Below are positions 24,374-39,092 of a stretch of DNA of 64,000 bases, piece by piece; the first letter of the stretch is position 1; each line of letters starts with the position of its first letter. The translations under genes and the position numbers were made by a program. Source of the stretch: Cetorhinus maximus (taxonomy: Eukaryota); contig NC_135916.1 of NCBI RefSeq assembly GCF_964194155.1, positions 1,550,001-1,614,000 of the forward strand, read 5' to 3'. Below the pieces are notes generated by a model that made no database searches, had not been told where the DNA came from, and saw nothing but the letters and a program-made list of their open reading frames with translations.

Positions 24374-26704
24374 TGCCAGTTTATGCTCCTTTTGTCTATC
24401 TTATGTGTGAATGGACTTTTCTCTCTATCTGTCATTTTTCAATATGTACATGTGCACATTGACTGGCACTCACAAGTATCTGGCATGCTGGTAAAGGTAC
24501 ATTTTGTACATATCCAGTTTTAGCTTTTCCCTTAGGATAGCCTTGGCTTTAAGTTGTAATATTCAGCTTCTGGTATGGAAGTGTGCATGTTACCCGTACC
24601 TGACCCTTTCAGATATGAGAGTGTGGTATTCAAATTGTCTGCTCGTTTCTAGCCTCTGATGTGAGCATTTTTACTTTTGTTAAAGTTAGCATTTTTAATG
24701 ATACTCTGCATTTACTGTGAATTTCAGTATCTGATCTACGATTGTGGATTTTAATCAGTACTGGTTTGTTTCTGTTTGGGATTGATATCTCTGTTATAGG
24801 AGTGATATATTCCATTCTGTTATTGTCACTTTCTAATGAGCTGAATGATCCTTTTTGATCAGAATCTGTTTAATTTTGGTGCCTGAATATGGGATTTCCT
24901 TTGCAATTGTCAGATTTTGACATGAAGGAATGTTTATACTCTGTAGCAAAAGCAAAAACAAAATATCTACAGGTGGATGCTTGAAATCTCAAGAAAAAGG
25001 AAACACAATTGCTGGAAATACTGAGCAGGCCAGACAACATCTGTGGAGTCAGGAGCTGAATTACCCTCCACCTGAAAATTCTGACATCAGAAAAGGTCAT
25101 TGAACTGTCATGTTCACTCTCAGCCTTTCTGAACAGGTGCTGGCTTCCTTGCTGAGTATTTCCTGCATTGTTGGTGTTTCTTCCTACCCTTGTACGTGTT
25201 AATTTCCAACAAGTGAATATGGCATCACTGTGCACCTGCCAATGTCTGACACTTATGTTTCACTTCAATTCTGACAGGGTTTCAACGTAGAATTTGGTGT
25301 GCGTGTGTGCACATGTGCATGTTTCTAGAATGGTAGAAATTTTTTTTTTCTGCACTTTTCATAGAATGCTATGCGAATGTCAGTTCCCCCTGTATCTGTC
25401 ACTTTTTAACATGTTACTATGAGTCTTATTGTTTACCTGTCTGTGAATGGGGATTTTAAAATGCACCAAGTTATTTGCTGCTGTGTGACTGATTTCTTTT
25501 ATACATGTTTGGAATTAATTATGGGTTTTTAAAAAATATATATACTTTATTTATAAAACATCTGAAAGAAAATTTCTAAATCGCCATCACAAGAAGTGAA
25601 AACAGATTCAACTTTTAGACATGGATCACGAGATGCTTCAATACATTCAATGAATATTACAATCATTTAAATATGGTCATTATAGACAGTCAGACAGCGC
25701 AATGATATTGGAGTTATCAACATACATCATGATGCACACTTGAGGTGTTACAATACTATTACTATTCAATGCAGATATTTTTTGTGAGCAGTACAGCTTT
25801 ACTCTGGGTATTTAACTCTCTGTAATGCACTTGTGGCTATTACTCTGCAGCTGCCAGTGACTGACATGTGAGGATGCATTTTGCATTCACTGTTGCTGAC
25901 ATGTAATGCATATTTTACTACTTAACTCTCAGTTACTGGTATATAGATGTGCAGATTTTATTCTGTATCAGTAATTCTGTGATATGTCAGTTTGATTCAT
26001 TTTCCTGTTGTTTGGGTCAGGGTCAGAAGTATGATCATGGAAAAATAAATATGTTGAAACTCTTAGGCTATTTTAAATGAATGAGAATTTAATTATTTGC
26101 TTTCAATCCCTGGCATGAGAATGTGCCCTATGCTTATCATATTCTTGTAGGTGAGTATTGTCTTTCCTCCAGGTCTGTATGCACCTTGTAGGTCATTGTC
26201 GGTTTTGCCGTGAACATGTCAGCCTGTATTACTTGAGTGTGATGTTCACATTGCAGCTTTCAATTTAGTGTGTGAGCATAGACCATTCGTTCCCTCCTCC
26301 CAACCCCTCAACCCAAACCTACAGATTTTGATGCATGTTCATGTGTGATTTTAGCGTAGCTATCAACTTCTGCTTTCTGGGTACCCATTTTCTTCTTATT
26401 TTGAAAATTCTGATGTGGAAAAAAGGATTTTATTCTGCACCTCTCTATCGCTGGTATGTGTCTGTGGTTTTACAATGTAAGCATCTGCCCCTGTCATGGG
26501 AATTCAGGTTTCTTCTGTATCTGTCAGTCTCTCCTATGAGAGCGGTGAAATGTTATTTGCTGTACTTGTCAGTATCTGCTTTGTCAGTTAAGGTTTACGC
26601 TTTCTTGTTTGTAGAGATCTGTTGATATAACTATTAGTGAGAATATTGCTCTGGCACGTGATGTGTATGTGTGTCTGTCTTAATGAATATGTACTTTATC
26701 ATTA

Positions 26705-27327
26705 TCAGGGGAGGCAATGGTGTGGTGATGTTGTCATTGGGCTATTAATCCAAAGACCTAGGGTAATACTCTGGGGACACGGTTTCGAATCCTGCCGAGG
26801 TTTGGCGGATTGTGAATTCAATAAAAATCTGGAATTAAAAGAATAATGGTGACCATTGTCGATTGTTGTAAGAATCCATCTGGTGCACTAATGCAGGAAA
26901 CCTGTTGTCCTTACCTGGTCTGGCCGACATGCGGTGTTGTGTTAGACCCACTTGGCCACACAGTTGTAATAAACTGCTAAAATGTCACAAAAATGGAATG
27001 GAATCAGATGGACCACCCGACATTGAGTGAGGCACCGGAAACAAAAACGACTAAACTCAGCCCCGTTGACCCTGAGGGTAGATGGGAACACCTCCAGCTA
27101 GAATTTCCACTCCAAGTCACTCCACCATCCTGACTTGGAAATATATCCTGTTCCTTCACTGTTGCTGGGGAAAAAATTTGGAATTGACTCCCTAACAGCA
27201 CTGTGGGTGTACCTACACCACGTGGACAGCAGGGGTTCAAGAAAGCAGCTCACCACCACCTTCTCAAGGGCAACTAAATGGTGGCACAGCCAGCAAAGCC
27301 ACATCCCGTGAATGAATTTAAAAAAAG
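26705..27327 (+). mobile_element. tRNA-derived SINE at the paralogous position
   Basis: GGTTTCGAATCC B box, same tail ending GAATGAATTTAAAAAAA. Confidence 0.8.
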
Positions 27328-28413
27328 ATATTATATGGGATCTTTGGTGTTGAATTTATGGTGTTGCTTTATGAATGCTGGGTGCACTCAAGGATTAATT
27401 CTGTAAATTTCAATCAGCTTTAATAGCTGGGATTTAAATTACAGGCGATGTTGTACTCTTGTGACATGAAAGGGCTGCCCTTCAATCTGATAATGGCTGT
27501 GAGTGTTGACTTCAATTGGTGGACCTGCAATTAAGCAGTACTGAGTAGGAGTGTACTGTGGTAAAATTATTCCACCTCCCCTGAGTGTCTGACCATTGGA
27601 TGGAGCATTTGTACCTAGTTTAGAGATCAATTTGAGCCTGACTATTTCTGTTCTCGGTGATGGTGGAGCTGATGTTCTGTCTGTATCTCTGCACTCTCGG
27701 AGTAACATCGTACCTGCTGTCAGTTAGAAAGAGGTGGCTAGACTTTTATTTTTCCTGGGATATCATCAGCTTGAAACTGATTCATTGATTTGCCTGGGGG
27801 AAGAAACAAAAGTCTTATAACTCAAAATCAGCAGAGGACATTGAAAGACAATAGGTCAACGTAATCTTTCAACTGACAATAAATAAAAAAATATATATCT
27901 AGATGCAAAACATAACGAAACAATAAAAACTACAGTGTCTGATTCCACGTCAGCAACCTGCTTTGGTAGTTATCAAGCAATTGAGTGACACTCAGAAACA
28001 ATCCACATCTGTATGGCTCCAAGGGTGACACTCCCCGAGGAAACAAAGACAGTTCAGATTTCAATATCCTGCTCCTAGCCGGTGCTAAAATGTTTATATC
28101 TTAATAGCTGGTGCCTCCAATACGTGTCCCCTACATGGTTTCTCTCCTCCTTACTCTCTGCCTGTTTCGACTGTTCACTGTCCAAATGCCGACAAGTTGC
28201 ATGAATCAGCAGCTATACTTGGAATATGCATTACAGGTTTGAGGAGAGAAAATCCCAATAGTTTTCAATTGCAGCTTCCTCAAGTTCTGTCTCCCTCAGC
28301 AGCGCCACAGACAGTCCCATAAAGGACTCTCCCCGTTCAACCGCTCACTCCAAGTTCCGGAACACGTTTCCGCTCCGCTCCGCCTCATACAAACAGCCCC
28401 CGGTCCTCCCTGA

Positions 28414-28636
28414 ACTTACCCCGAGTCAATGATGATTTCTGTGTCCACACTGACAAACCGGGGCCCTGCTGGAATCAGAACGCTGTTTACTCGCTTACCC
28501 GGGCCCTAAGATTTCCATTTCTATCTGTTTGAAACAAAGATCTCCCGCTCACTGGGCGCATGCGCTCTTCTAGTCATGTCTGGGGAAACTGAAGGAGGGA
28601 AGCAATGCGCACGCGCTTCCGTGAAACTGACGTCAC
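28414..28636 (-). promoter_or_regulatory. Putative promoter plus non-coding first exon (copy 2)
   Basis: GCGCATGCGC 28556-28565, TGCGCACGCGC ~28606, full CRE TGACGTCA ~28628, donor at 28419, ~40 bp deletion relative to copy 1. Confidence 0.55.
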
Positions 28637-30067
28637 TGAAAAACGTCATTTACTCCTCCCCTCAGTCAATGTTCTCCAGCTTGAGCATCACAATGGGTCT
28701 GTGTGGAACGGGCAGAGTTTCAGGCAGGTGGACGATTCCTGTATGAAGCTCAAACTGATATCGCTCCCTGCAGCATCTTTGCTGTTCATTCACAGGTTTA
28801 GCAAATCAATCCGCCCAGTGAATCTATGTGTTTGCTGTGACCAGGCAGAAGTTAATGTCTGGTCTTAAAATCACTGTTTAATAAAATCAGTTTGAACCTC
28901 TCAGTCACTGAGTGTCAATTCGAACATTTTTTATCCAAAGTTTACAGAGAGCTCCAGAGGTTATGGATCATTACATTTCGGATACTATTCACCTCACCCA
29001 CTGGCATTACTTCTGCGTGTGTGATAGAAATGTGTCTGCCTCTGGCCCAGTATTAGCTGGAGCTGAATCACGTCATCTCTCACCTCTGTGGGTCTGTCAG
29101 TTTTAAATTAGTTTTCCCGATCAGGTTCAGCATCTTCGGTCTTTCAAAAAGGAAAACTCTCAATCTTCTAATTTCCAATGATTAAAAGTTCAACTTGTTT
29201 ATGATTCCCTCATCAGTCAACAGCATCATTTCTGGAATCTAGTCAGGAAAATTCACTGAATAATTTCAAGAGAATTATATCCCTCTCTGGTTCTAAAGGA
29301 TGTTTGGGACAAAATTATTAATTCTCATATTTTTATATTCTATTGAAATACTGATGATCTGTATGCCTCTATCCGATGATAGATATGAGGGCCACTCATT
29401 GCTATATTGACACGTGGTAGCAATAGAGAGAGCGATTTCTCTGCCTCTCCCTCCCTTGCTCCTTCTATCTCCTTCAATCTTGCTCCCTCTCAACCCTATC
29501 TCGCGACTTCTGGTGCTGTGCAAGTTACTAATGTTAATGATAGGTCAATATACACTGGCAATGTGAACACTCCCCCCGTGTTATGAGTCAGAATGTCACT
29601 GTTCCTTCTCCTCTCGGAAATTCAGGCCTGACATTTGATCTGATTTCAAAATTGATTTCACCCGAAGGAGAGTCACACTGACCCGAAAAGTTGACTCTGT
29701 CTTCCTCTCCACAGAGGCTCTCAGAGCTGCTGAGTTTTTCCAGCTATTTTTGTTTTTCAGATTTCCAACACCTGCACTATTTTGCTTTTATTTCATCGGT
29801 TCATCTCCAATCAAAAATCGAAGCGAGCTCTGAAAAGCCCTTTCATTGTCAGGAACTTGACTATGCGCGAATTTGTGTTCATATATAACTGGCCCGCTCT
29901 GGTTGTTGAGATTGGGGTACATTGCAAACTGTGAAATTTTGACCCGTCAGTTCAGTAGGATCAACATAAACAGGGAAGTTTGGAGGGACCGGGAGCAGTT
30001 AATTTGTATTGTCATCAGAAATAAACATCTTGATGTGAGCTTTTCAGACAATAGCGTGAAATCATAT

Positions 30068-30338
30068 ATCACAGAATCACACACAGTGCAGAAGAGGCCC
30101 TTCGGCCCATCGAGTCTGCACTGACACGTGAGAAACACCTGACCTACCTACTTAATCACCTTTACCAGCACTTAGCCCATAGGCTTGAATGTTATGACGT
30201 GCCAAGTGCTCATCCAGGTACTTTTAAAAGGATGTGAGGAAACCTGGCTCCACCACCCTCCAAGGTAGCGCATTCCAGACTGTCACCACCCTCTGGGTTA
30301 AAAAAGTTATTCCTCACAGTCGCCATGAACCACCTGCC
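30068..30338 (-). mobile_element. CR1-type LINE 3' fragment, same subfamily as 22149
   Basis: ATCACAGAATCACACAGTGCAGAAGAGG...GTGAGAAACACCTGACCTACCTAC is shared with 22155-22410. Confidence 0.9.
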
Positions 30339-30692
30339 TACAATTTATTTTCCTCACTTTGTCACCGGGTAACTGTCCTTTGCTTCCTTTACTGGCTGTT
30401 TCGGATGATTTGAGATCATTTAAAAGGCAATTATTTTAATAAAATGGGAACTTTTTCGCGAATTCTGGAGACTGGATATAAATAGTTGCAGCACGTACTA
30501 CTGATGTCCGCAACATGTAACAGTGCTAGCAGGATGCGTCTCACTCTAACCCACCCTTTCACAGATATCAGAAATGTTGTCATTACGAAGCGATAGGGAT
30601 GTTCACACAAGCACAAAAACCCGGATTCAGCTCCAAATGCACCAAAGAGCCACCGAGTCGGTCAGAGAAAGAGCTGCGATCTCTTGTTAAAC
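30338..30692 (+). pseudogene. Orphan H3 downstream region with a collapsed histone 3' end
   Basis: Matches 43100-43460. Contains AAAGAGCCACCGAGTCGGTCAGAGAAAGAGCTGCG (3' arm of the stem-loop plus HDE, 5' arm missing). No H3 ORF upstream. Confidence 0.85.
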
Positions 30693-31057
30693 AATCTAGC
30701 TCCTAAAACACTCGGGCCTACAATTTGTTTAAGTCCTTTTGTTCATCCGGTCTCTCCCTCTGCTGCATTTGGGGATATGGGGTGATTCCATTTATAGTTC
30801 TTTAGCTATTTGACGTCATTGAATTAGAAATGAAATGAATTAATTATTCAATGAATGTTTCCCTGAACATTGGCAATTGGTCATTTATAGATGCAGCACA
30901 GACTCCTCATGTCTGGAAAAGGCAACAGCACCAGCATCTCGTTGTAACCAGCGCTTTCACAGATCGCATTAGAAATATAATGTCATTCCGAATCGATAGG
31001 GATGTTATCGCGCATCCGGATAGACAACAGGTCGCCCCTTTCACTGATTAAGTGAGT

Positions 31058-31073
31058 GGCTCTGAAAAGAGCC
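31058..31073 (-). terminator. H2A histone 3' stem-loop
   Basis: Reverse complement GGCTCTTTTCAGAGCC, then ACTCA and purine-rich GAAAGGGGCG. Confidence 0.95.
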
Positions 31074-31103
31074 TTTGGGTTCTCAGTTTAAAGAATGGTC
31101 GCT

Positions 31104-31547
<444 letters not shown>

Positions 31548-31555
31548 TCAGTTCC

Positions 31556-31740
31556 CTTATACCCTCAGGAGGAATGGTGGTGCGCTCAGAGCTGATTGGG
31601 CAATTATATTATAGCTCATAATATTCTTCATGTTACCAATCAGATTTCTGCCTGACTCACCAATGCGGGCAAGCAACGTATGAAGTCGGAAGTTAAGGGC
31701 GCCAAATCATCAGTTAAACAAACGATTATATATTTCAAAC
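31556..31740. promoter_or_regulatory. H2A promoter with a divergent-looking arm
   Basis: Minus-strand TATAAG ~31556-31561, ATTGG ~31595, plus-strand CCAAT ~31636 and ~31660, GGCGCCAAA ~31698, TTATATA ~31726. Confidence 0.7.
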
Positions 31741-32634
31741 TGGAAAAGACAGACAAAATTAATCAAAGGAAATATCGCACAGAAATAGTCTTAGCTAAAC
31801 AAAGGATAATTCCTTTACAAATCGTTCTAATGCTTAACATTAAAGCAGTTCTGTTACAGAATGTTAGAAGGTTTCTCGCTCTCTTTTCCTCGATAACAGT
31901 TTACCCGAAACTGTCAGTTTCTGGTTTTGCCTGTGGACAAGAGGACAATAAAGGCGCCAATTTTCCAGAATCAAAACTTTTGTTTTATACAAGTTCGTGA
32001 GTGTCAAAAGCGGAGTGCACATTTTTTGGCTTAAATCTGCCAGTATTGAAACTGAGGCATCCTACACCGCCAGGGCTGATACGGAATGAATTGATCAAAT
32101 CAACTTTTATAATGCTGGGGAGGGATAGCATCTTTGAGGGATCAAAGATAGACTCTGCTTGATTACATTTATGCAACAAGGCAGGGTCTATTCTGAAGCA
32201 GCAAACATACGTTGTATTCCAAACCAACAATAAAAACGAAAATCCTCTGCAGGCTCCGTGATTCTGGGATTAAGCCTAATCTTCATTATCCGTTACTTAA
32301 ATGTAGTTTTCACTCACGGACAATCTATGGTCAATAATATTAAGCTTTTCTTTTGAAATTGAAATCACCGATATATGTTTCTGTTTTTGTTTTTGTCTCT
32401 GTAACATTCAGATTTAAGTCAGTTTGGATTTTATCTGGTGCATGTCAATCCCTGGAGAAAATTTTATATTTCATTCGACATCTAATGCTACCAACATAAG
32501 ATTATGCTTCTATTCTCCTTTTAATCCCCACATTATCTGTTAAACCCTGCTATGGGTGCATGGAATATCTGTCTGTTCATGATAGATAAAATGTGAACTT
32601 TAATCTGAAATGTATATTTTTCCAAAAAAAATAA

Positions 32635-33617
32635 AGCAGGGTAAAAAACAGGGAATTACAGACTGATTAGTCTACCCTCAGTGGTAGACTTAATACTAGA
32701 GTCAACTATGTGATAATAAGAGACTTAGAAAATGTCAAATATATTGGACAAAGATTGCATGCATTTATGAAAGGAAAATCATGTTTGACAAACCTATTGT
32801 AGCTTTTTTTGGGAATTAAATTGCAAAGTAGATAGGGGAAAACCAGATGATGTGGTCTATTTAGATTTTCAGAAAGCTTTTGTTAAATGGCCACTTAACT
32901 GGTTTGTGTACCAAACTGAAGTGCATGGGATGGCGGTTTGGATTGGCATGTACAGTGAAAGGATTAGTAACAGGATAAAGAGAGCAGGAATAAATCAGTC
33001 TTTTTGAGAATGGCAGAAGTTGACAAGTGGTGTGCCACAGGGATCAGTGCTTGGGTCCCAGTATTCAGAATAGACAAGAATGATTGTGATGAAGTAAGCA
33101 AAGGTAATATTTCCAAGGTTGCTGATGACACAAAGCTTTGAGGGAATGTGAGAGATGAGGAGGAAGTTAAGAGTGCCCAAGGAGATTTAGATAATTTGAG
33201 TGAGTGGGAAAAAACATGGCAGATGGAATATAATGTGGGTAGGTGTGAATTCATCCACTTGGGTACGAAAAACAGAATGGCAGAGTATTATCTACATAGA
33301 GATACGTTGGGAAATGTTGATATATGAAGAGACCAGTGTGCAGCACATGATCACCAGGCTGATTCATGGGCTGGCAGGGTTGTCACATGAGGGGGGAATG
33401 GGCCGATTCGGACTGTATACACTCAATGATTGTAGAATGAGAGGGGATGTATTTGAAATATATGAAATAGTGACAGCGCTGGTCAGGCTGGGTGCAGGGA
33501 TGATGTTTCCTCTGGCTGAAAGGCCTAGCACATGTATTCACAATCTCAGGATCCATTGTCGTCCATTTTGGGCTGTGTTGAGCAGAACGTTCTTCACTCA
33601 GAGGGTGGTGAACATGT
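32635..33617 (+). mobile_element. Old CR1-type LINE fragment
   Basis: Degenerate GKSCLTNL, YLDFQKAF, GVPQGSVLGP, ADDTK, FFTQRVVN. Paralog at 46070-47008. Confidence 0.85.
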
Positions 33618-33619
33618 GA

Positions 33620-36600
33620 TTGATTTGCATTCATTTTGTAACCTCCAGTATCTTGTATTATATGTGAATGTATATATTTTTCCCTCCGTGTATCAGTCAG
33701 TATCTAAGACGTTTGCAAGAGTGGAATTAACTCTATCTTTAATATTTTAACGTGCTATCTCCAAAAGTGAGATTTCAGTTAAATCTCTCCATATCTGGAA
33801 CTAGATGTGAAGTTCAAATTGATATTCATATAGTCAACTGCTACAAGTATGTTTTCCTTGTGTGTCAATCGGTGATATATTGCCTGACTGTGGATTTGGC
33901 CCTGTAGCATTCGGATTTTTCTCATTTTTATGTTCTCAGTGTATGTTTGTGGTTTTATCCCTGTATTTCATTCACTGGTACTTTGCATCAGATGGGGATA
34001 GTTCATTGCTTCTCAGCATCTAGTATAATCTGTGAGTTTGGCCATGGTTCTATAATTGTCAGTCTCTCAAACTGAATGTGAGTGTGTAATAAATCAGTCT
34101 TTAATACCAACTAGCTGACAATGAGTGTGTGATTCATTCAGCTGAACTGTGCACCTGGTTTGTATGGGAATGTGTCACTCTCTGCATATCTCTCAGTGCC
34201 CTTTACAGTGCATGATTTGGGGATTAATTTGAACACAACAGTTTCCAATAGGCGATGTGATTGTGCGGTTATTTCTGTATTTTTATGGTTTCAGCTATTC
34301 TATTTGAATGAGATCTTTTCTGCCTCATTCAGATTCAGGTAGTGTAGTGAGTGTGGGATTTATTATAAAGCTTTCAGACTTGGAAATTTGGGTGATTAAC
34401 ATCTGCATCATGGATTTTTCCTCCCCTGGCGCAATGTGTGTGGAGATAATTATGTAGTTGCCGTTCTCTGGTGTGCTTTGAATTTATTTTTGTTCATATA
34501 GCTGTATTTGGTCTGTGTTTGAACGTGTGAGTAATTTTGCACCTGAGAATTCTGCCCATCTAAGTAGGTATATTGTTCAATCTGTTTCTGTTTTTCAACA
34601 CTGTTGCAGGTAAGTGTGAGATAAGACTATATCTGGACTTTTATTGTAACGTGTTGGAATATATTTTTATGAAACCCTCAACATAGCAGTATTTGTTAAC
34701 CTTTGGTTTAACCTATAACATTGGCTTCATGTGTTTTGTAGTCACAGGTTATATTCAATAGTTGCCTGGGATTGCCATTTGATTTTTAGCTCTGTGAAAA
34801 CAATTGTGAATATTACAGCTCCTTTAATCAGATACACAGCCTCATATGTAATTTGTGCATTTTGTATAAAGCGATTGCTGTTGAATCTATACTGATGCCA
34901 GCATTTTTGGTGTGAAATATATAGATATGTCTAAATTCTAAGGGGCTGTGCTGCAATTTATTCAGTCCCTTCCAATCAGTTATTTCTTGCCTAATGATGC
35001 TCAGAATAATTAATTAATTTCTGACCAACGCAACACAATATAATTAAATCTGATATTTGGTGTGTTTTCTGTGAACATTTTGATTGATGTATGCTCCTCT
35101 CATCTAGGTTACATGGAAATAAAAACAAGCAACAGCAAAAAAATCAGACTGCTCAGTTTGTATCTTGCATTGAAAAGTTGTCTCTTCCCTTTGAAACAGT
35201 ATGGGAATGAACAATTAATTGGTTGTGACTGTGGACATAATGACCTGGAAGTTTCTCTGCTCTCAGTGAAAGATGCTGTACCTACCTTGTGTTGCAGTTG
35301 GCTCACTTTTTAACCTTGGTCATTTTGTGACTTTTGAAGTTGTCACTATTATCGACCTTTGTCACTAACATCATCATGCACCAGGAATAACCATAGCACA
35401 GCTTGTGAGCTAAGATTTGTTTGTCTCTTTTCATGTTGTACCTTTCAACCATTATTCATTCCTGATATTTCGACTGCAGATTGATTTATTAATTTGGAGG
35501 CCTGTACTATTATTTCATTAATTTTTCCATGTAGAAATATGAAGGTGAGTTTCACTTTTGGAACACATGGATGAAAATAGTATTTTGCCATTTTTATTTG
35601 AACAGTGATATCCTTCTTTGCTGGACCACTCCTCTGATTGCATTGACAATCACTGGGATGCATTTAAGTAGTTTATTCTGTATCTATTGTTTTCTGAGAT
35701 GCAAAGGTGAAAGCTTTGTAACTGTTAATTTTTAAGTCTCATTACAATGTAAATGTCGAATTTAGTTTTGTCTGATTTTTCTCATAAATATTTAAATGCC
35801 AGGTTTGTTGTCCTCTAAGGCTGTGTTTCCGTCTCCATCTGCCAGTTTTTTTTATGAGTGTGAGTTTTAAACTGTCGGGTGTGCTTTCACATATGTGAGT
35901 ATGAATTCCGTTTCTTAATCTGCTGCTGTATTTATCAGTTTCTGGGATTCTTAATGCGACTGCGACTCAGTACCTGTCAGGTTCTGGTAAGTGATTGCTG
36001 GTGTTAGAATGTCCATGTGAATGTCCAGTTGTTTTACTTTCTAGCACTTCCTTACTTGCTATTGAGCATTTTTTCCTCACTCTCTCCATTAGTTTGTGGC
36101 ATGTGAATGTGAGTACTGTTTTGTATCTGTCAATAACTGCATTGTGAGCATGGGTCATAATTGCAATTGACAGTTTTAGGTACGTGTCTGGAATGCAAAT
36201 GTGAATTTTACACTGCAGTTCACACTTTTGAATGTCTGAACTTGTGTTTGAGATTACTTCACTGAGCCTGACAATGTAACTATGATTATCTCGTAATATT
36301 CTCAGTACATTTCCTATGAGTATAGCCTACATTCTTTATCTATTAGTGTCTTAGAAGCAAATGTAAGACTTATTCAAAATCTCTGAGTATTACAGAATTG
36401 TCATTGTGCGATTGATGATGTGTCTGTGCATGCCTGCTTTTATCTGTGTTTGTGTGTGTGTGAGAGACAGAGAGAGAGCACGTCTGAAGATGTGTGTGTG
36501 TGTGTGTGTTCACGGTGTGTTTTTGTGTTTACGCTCATTCTGTCTCTCTAATGTGTTTATGGACTTATCTTTTTATTTGTCATTGTTCAGTATAGAAATA

Positions 36601-37000
36601 TGCATGTTGATTGGTACTCATAATTATCTGGCATGATGGCATGGATTCATTCTGTACATGTCCAATTCTTACCTTATCATTTATGACAGACTTGGCGTGT
36701 AAGCAGTAACTGTGAGGTTTGGTGTATGTAAGTTTGCATTTTATCAGTAGCTGACCTTTTCAGATATGAGAGTGTGGTATTCAATCTACCCACTCATTTT
36801 CAGTTTTTGTTGTGAGCATGTCTTTTACTTTGTTAAAGTGAACATGTAGTTTCTGAGACTCTGCATTTACAGTGAATGTGTTGTATGAATGAGGATTTTA
36901 ATCTGTACCTATTTGATTCGGTTCCTTGCTTTATTTTCGTTGCTCAAAATCTCTGGTTTACAAGTGATATGTTCCAAGACGATGTTTAATCGATTCGAGT
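33620..37000 (+). repeat. Paralogous spacer block
   Basis: Colinear with 20800-24750 (GCTCTGTGAAAACAATTGTGAAT; GTTGTCTCTTCCCTTTGAAACAGT; CAGATATGAGAGTGTGGTATTCAA). Confidence 0.8.
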
Positions 37001-37270
37001 TGCTAATTAGCTGCTTCATGATATTCAAGTGTGTAAGTTCTGTTCAAAAGACTCTGTTCACTTCCCTTTAGAATTTGACAAATACAATTCTGTTTCTGGC
37101 AGGCAGGAGGAGGAGCTGGTTTACCAAAGAGGTTGTTCTGTCTGTCACTCAGTCTCTCCCGCCCCGCCTCTCTCTCTCTCTCTCTCTCCCTTCCTCAGTC
37201 AGGTCGGGGCGGGCTGTATAAAAGCGGAACGTGAAGCAGCTCCCCACTCATTCAGCAGCGATTTGACTGA

Positions 37271-37591
<321 letters not shown>

Positions 37592-38689
37592 ACAAATCGA
37601 CCCGACTCTATAACAAAACCCAAAGGCTCTTCTAAGAGCCGCCCACAACCTCACATTGAGAGCAGTGACTTCTGAAGGGGGAGAGGGGAAAATAAATCTT
37701 TGTATTTTTTTATTAAGAGGCACTGCTTTGCCACCAATGCATCCTCTTTTCACAATACCATCGTGAGTCCCAAAAATGCCTTGGTTTTATTTAGATCAGT
37801 TTTCACGAATTACCGATCTTCCTACCCGAGGACCACGGCTGTACCCAATGTAATGTCGAATTTCATCAGGAGAAACTACTCTCAAACCTTGTATTCCCCC
37901 TTCGTCGCTCTAACTTTATTTTTTTTTCCATCGGTTTCTATTTCTGGGTCTTTGACGCATGACAGGACCTGGGAGGTACCAGCTTTATACGGATCAGCCT
38001 GTATCGATGCAGCATGTTGTCTGAACAGAGCTTTATTCTGGCCTCCCTCTGAACAATCAGAAAAATAATCCGAATTCAAGACGGGTTATAAGGTAGACAT
38101 TGACTGGCTCTTGCTGCCGATTCTATTCAGATCAGATTTTACAGCCGGCATGAATCAGACCAATATCGATTTACAGACATGAAAAATAAAACTACCCTTA
38201 ATCACCTCTATTCTGCAACACGGGCCGAACAGAAGGTTTGAACAGATAGCTGTTTGATGGCCGCCCAGGACACGATGGACTGTTTCTATGTTGTACAACT
38301 TTATGACTGTATCAGAAGGGAAAACTCTGCTTTTGGCGCTCGGTTTGGACTATACTAAACATGCATTTCGGAATAATTGTGGAAGAGAGTTTGAATGAAA
38401 GTGGGGTATTGGATAAATCCATTAAATTGTGGTCCGACGGGCAACGGCACATGGTTGTGATGTACAGTCAAAGGCCAAATGTTATTCACACCCAACACAT
38501 AATGAAGCCGGAATGAGAGAGGGATGCAGTTTCCGCCAGTTCATTTTACCTAATACAATAATAAGAACATAATCGTTCATCAATGTAAATTTCGACAGAT
38601 ACACGGTTTAAATAAACGGTCTGCAAGCCCCCCTCCCCCATAAAGACCCCACGGCGCATCCATTCACCAGCAGAAACAGGAATCACACC

Positions 38690-39080
38690 ATTTTCTCTTT
38701 AACATCTATAGCGCGTTGACATGAATAAACCCAGTCAGTTGATGAGGTTGATGTGTGAGGGCCAAAATTTCCCCCATCAATAGGAGTTTTATTCCAGCCT
38801 GTTGCAAACCGATCAGGGAATGAATGAGAATTTAATCCGAGTTCCAAACCAGGAAGTCGGAGCTGGGACCGAATTGGGGCTATCAAACATCGAGATTTTA
38901 TGATATTTCTACTTTGAGATTGATTTTATCTGCCTTCAAACTAGGTTTATTTTAATGTCAGTTACTCGTCCCTCTGAAATTGGCGGGCATTTTGAAATTG
39001 ATGAACTGTCAGTTTCTGCTCCACCAATCAGGGCCCAGAAATCCATGCAACCCCGCTGCTCTTTTCAAATTTCTCGGCGG
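38690..39080 (+). pseudogene. Truncated orphan H3 promoter
   Basis: Matches 18550-18946 including CDE/CHR-like pair 38982-38996 and the first CCAAT. Breaks off before the second CCAAT and TATA. Confidence 0.85.
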
Positions 39081-39092
39081 AATTCCTTCTTA

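Larger units (their letters stand above)
20480..28150 (+). repeat. Older paralogous spacer block (same degenerate repeat and modules)
   Basis: Shares modules with 1-12500 and 33620-37000 (e.g. ATTAAAATTA..TTTCAGATAT..TATGAGATCTTT; CACATTGCAGCTTTCAATTTAGTGTGTGAGCA; same SINE position). Confidence 0.8.

Noticed and set aside
30620-30645. CAGCTCCAAATG as a remnant of the H2B C-terminus (TSSK)
   Set aside because: The surrounding sequence aligns to the H3 copy-1 3' UTR, and no H2B codons lie upstream
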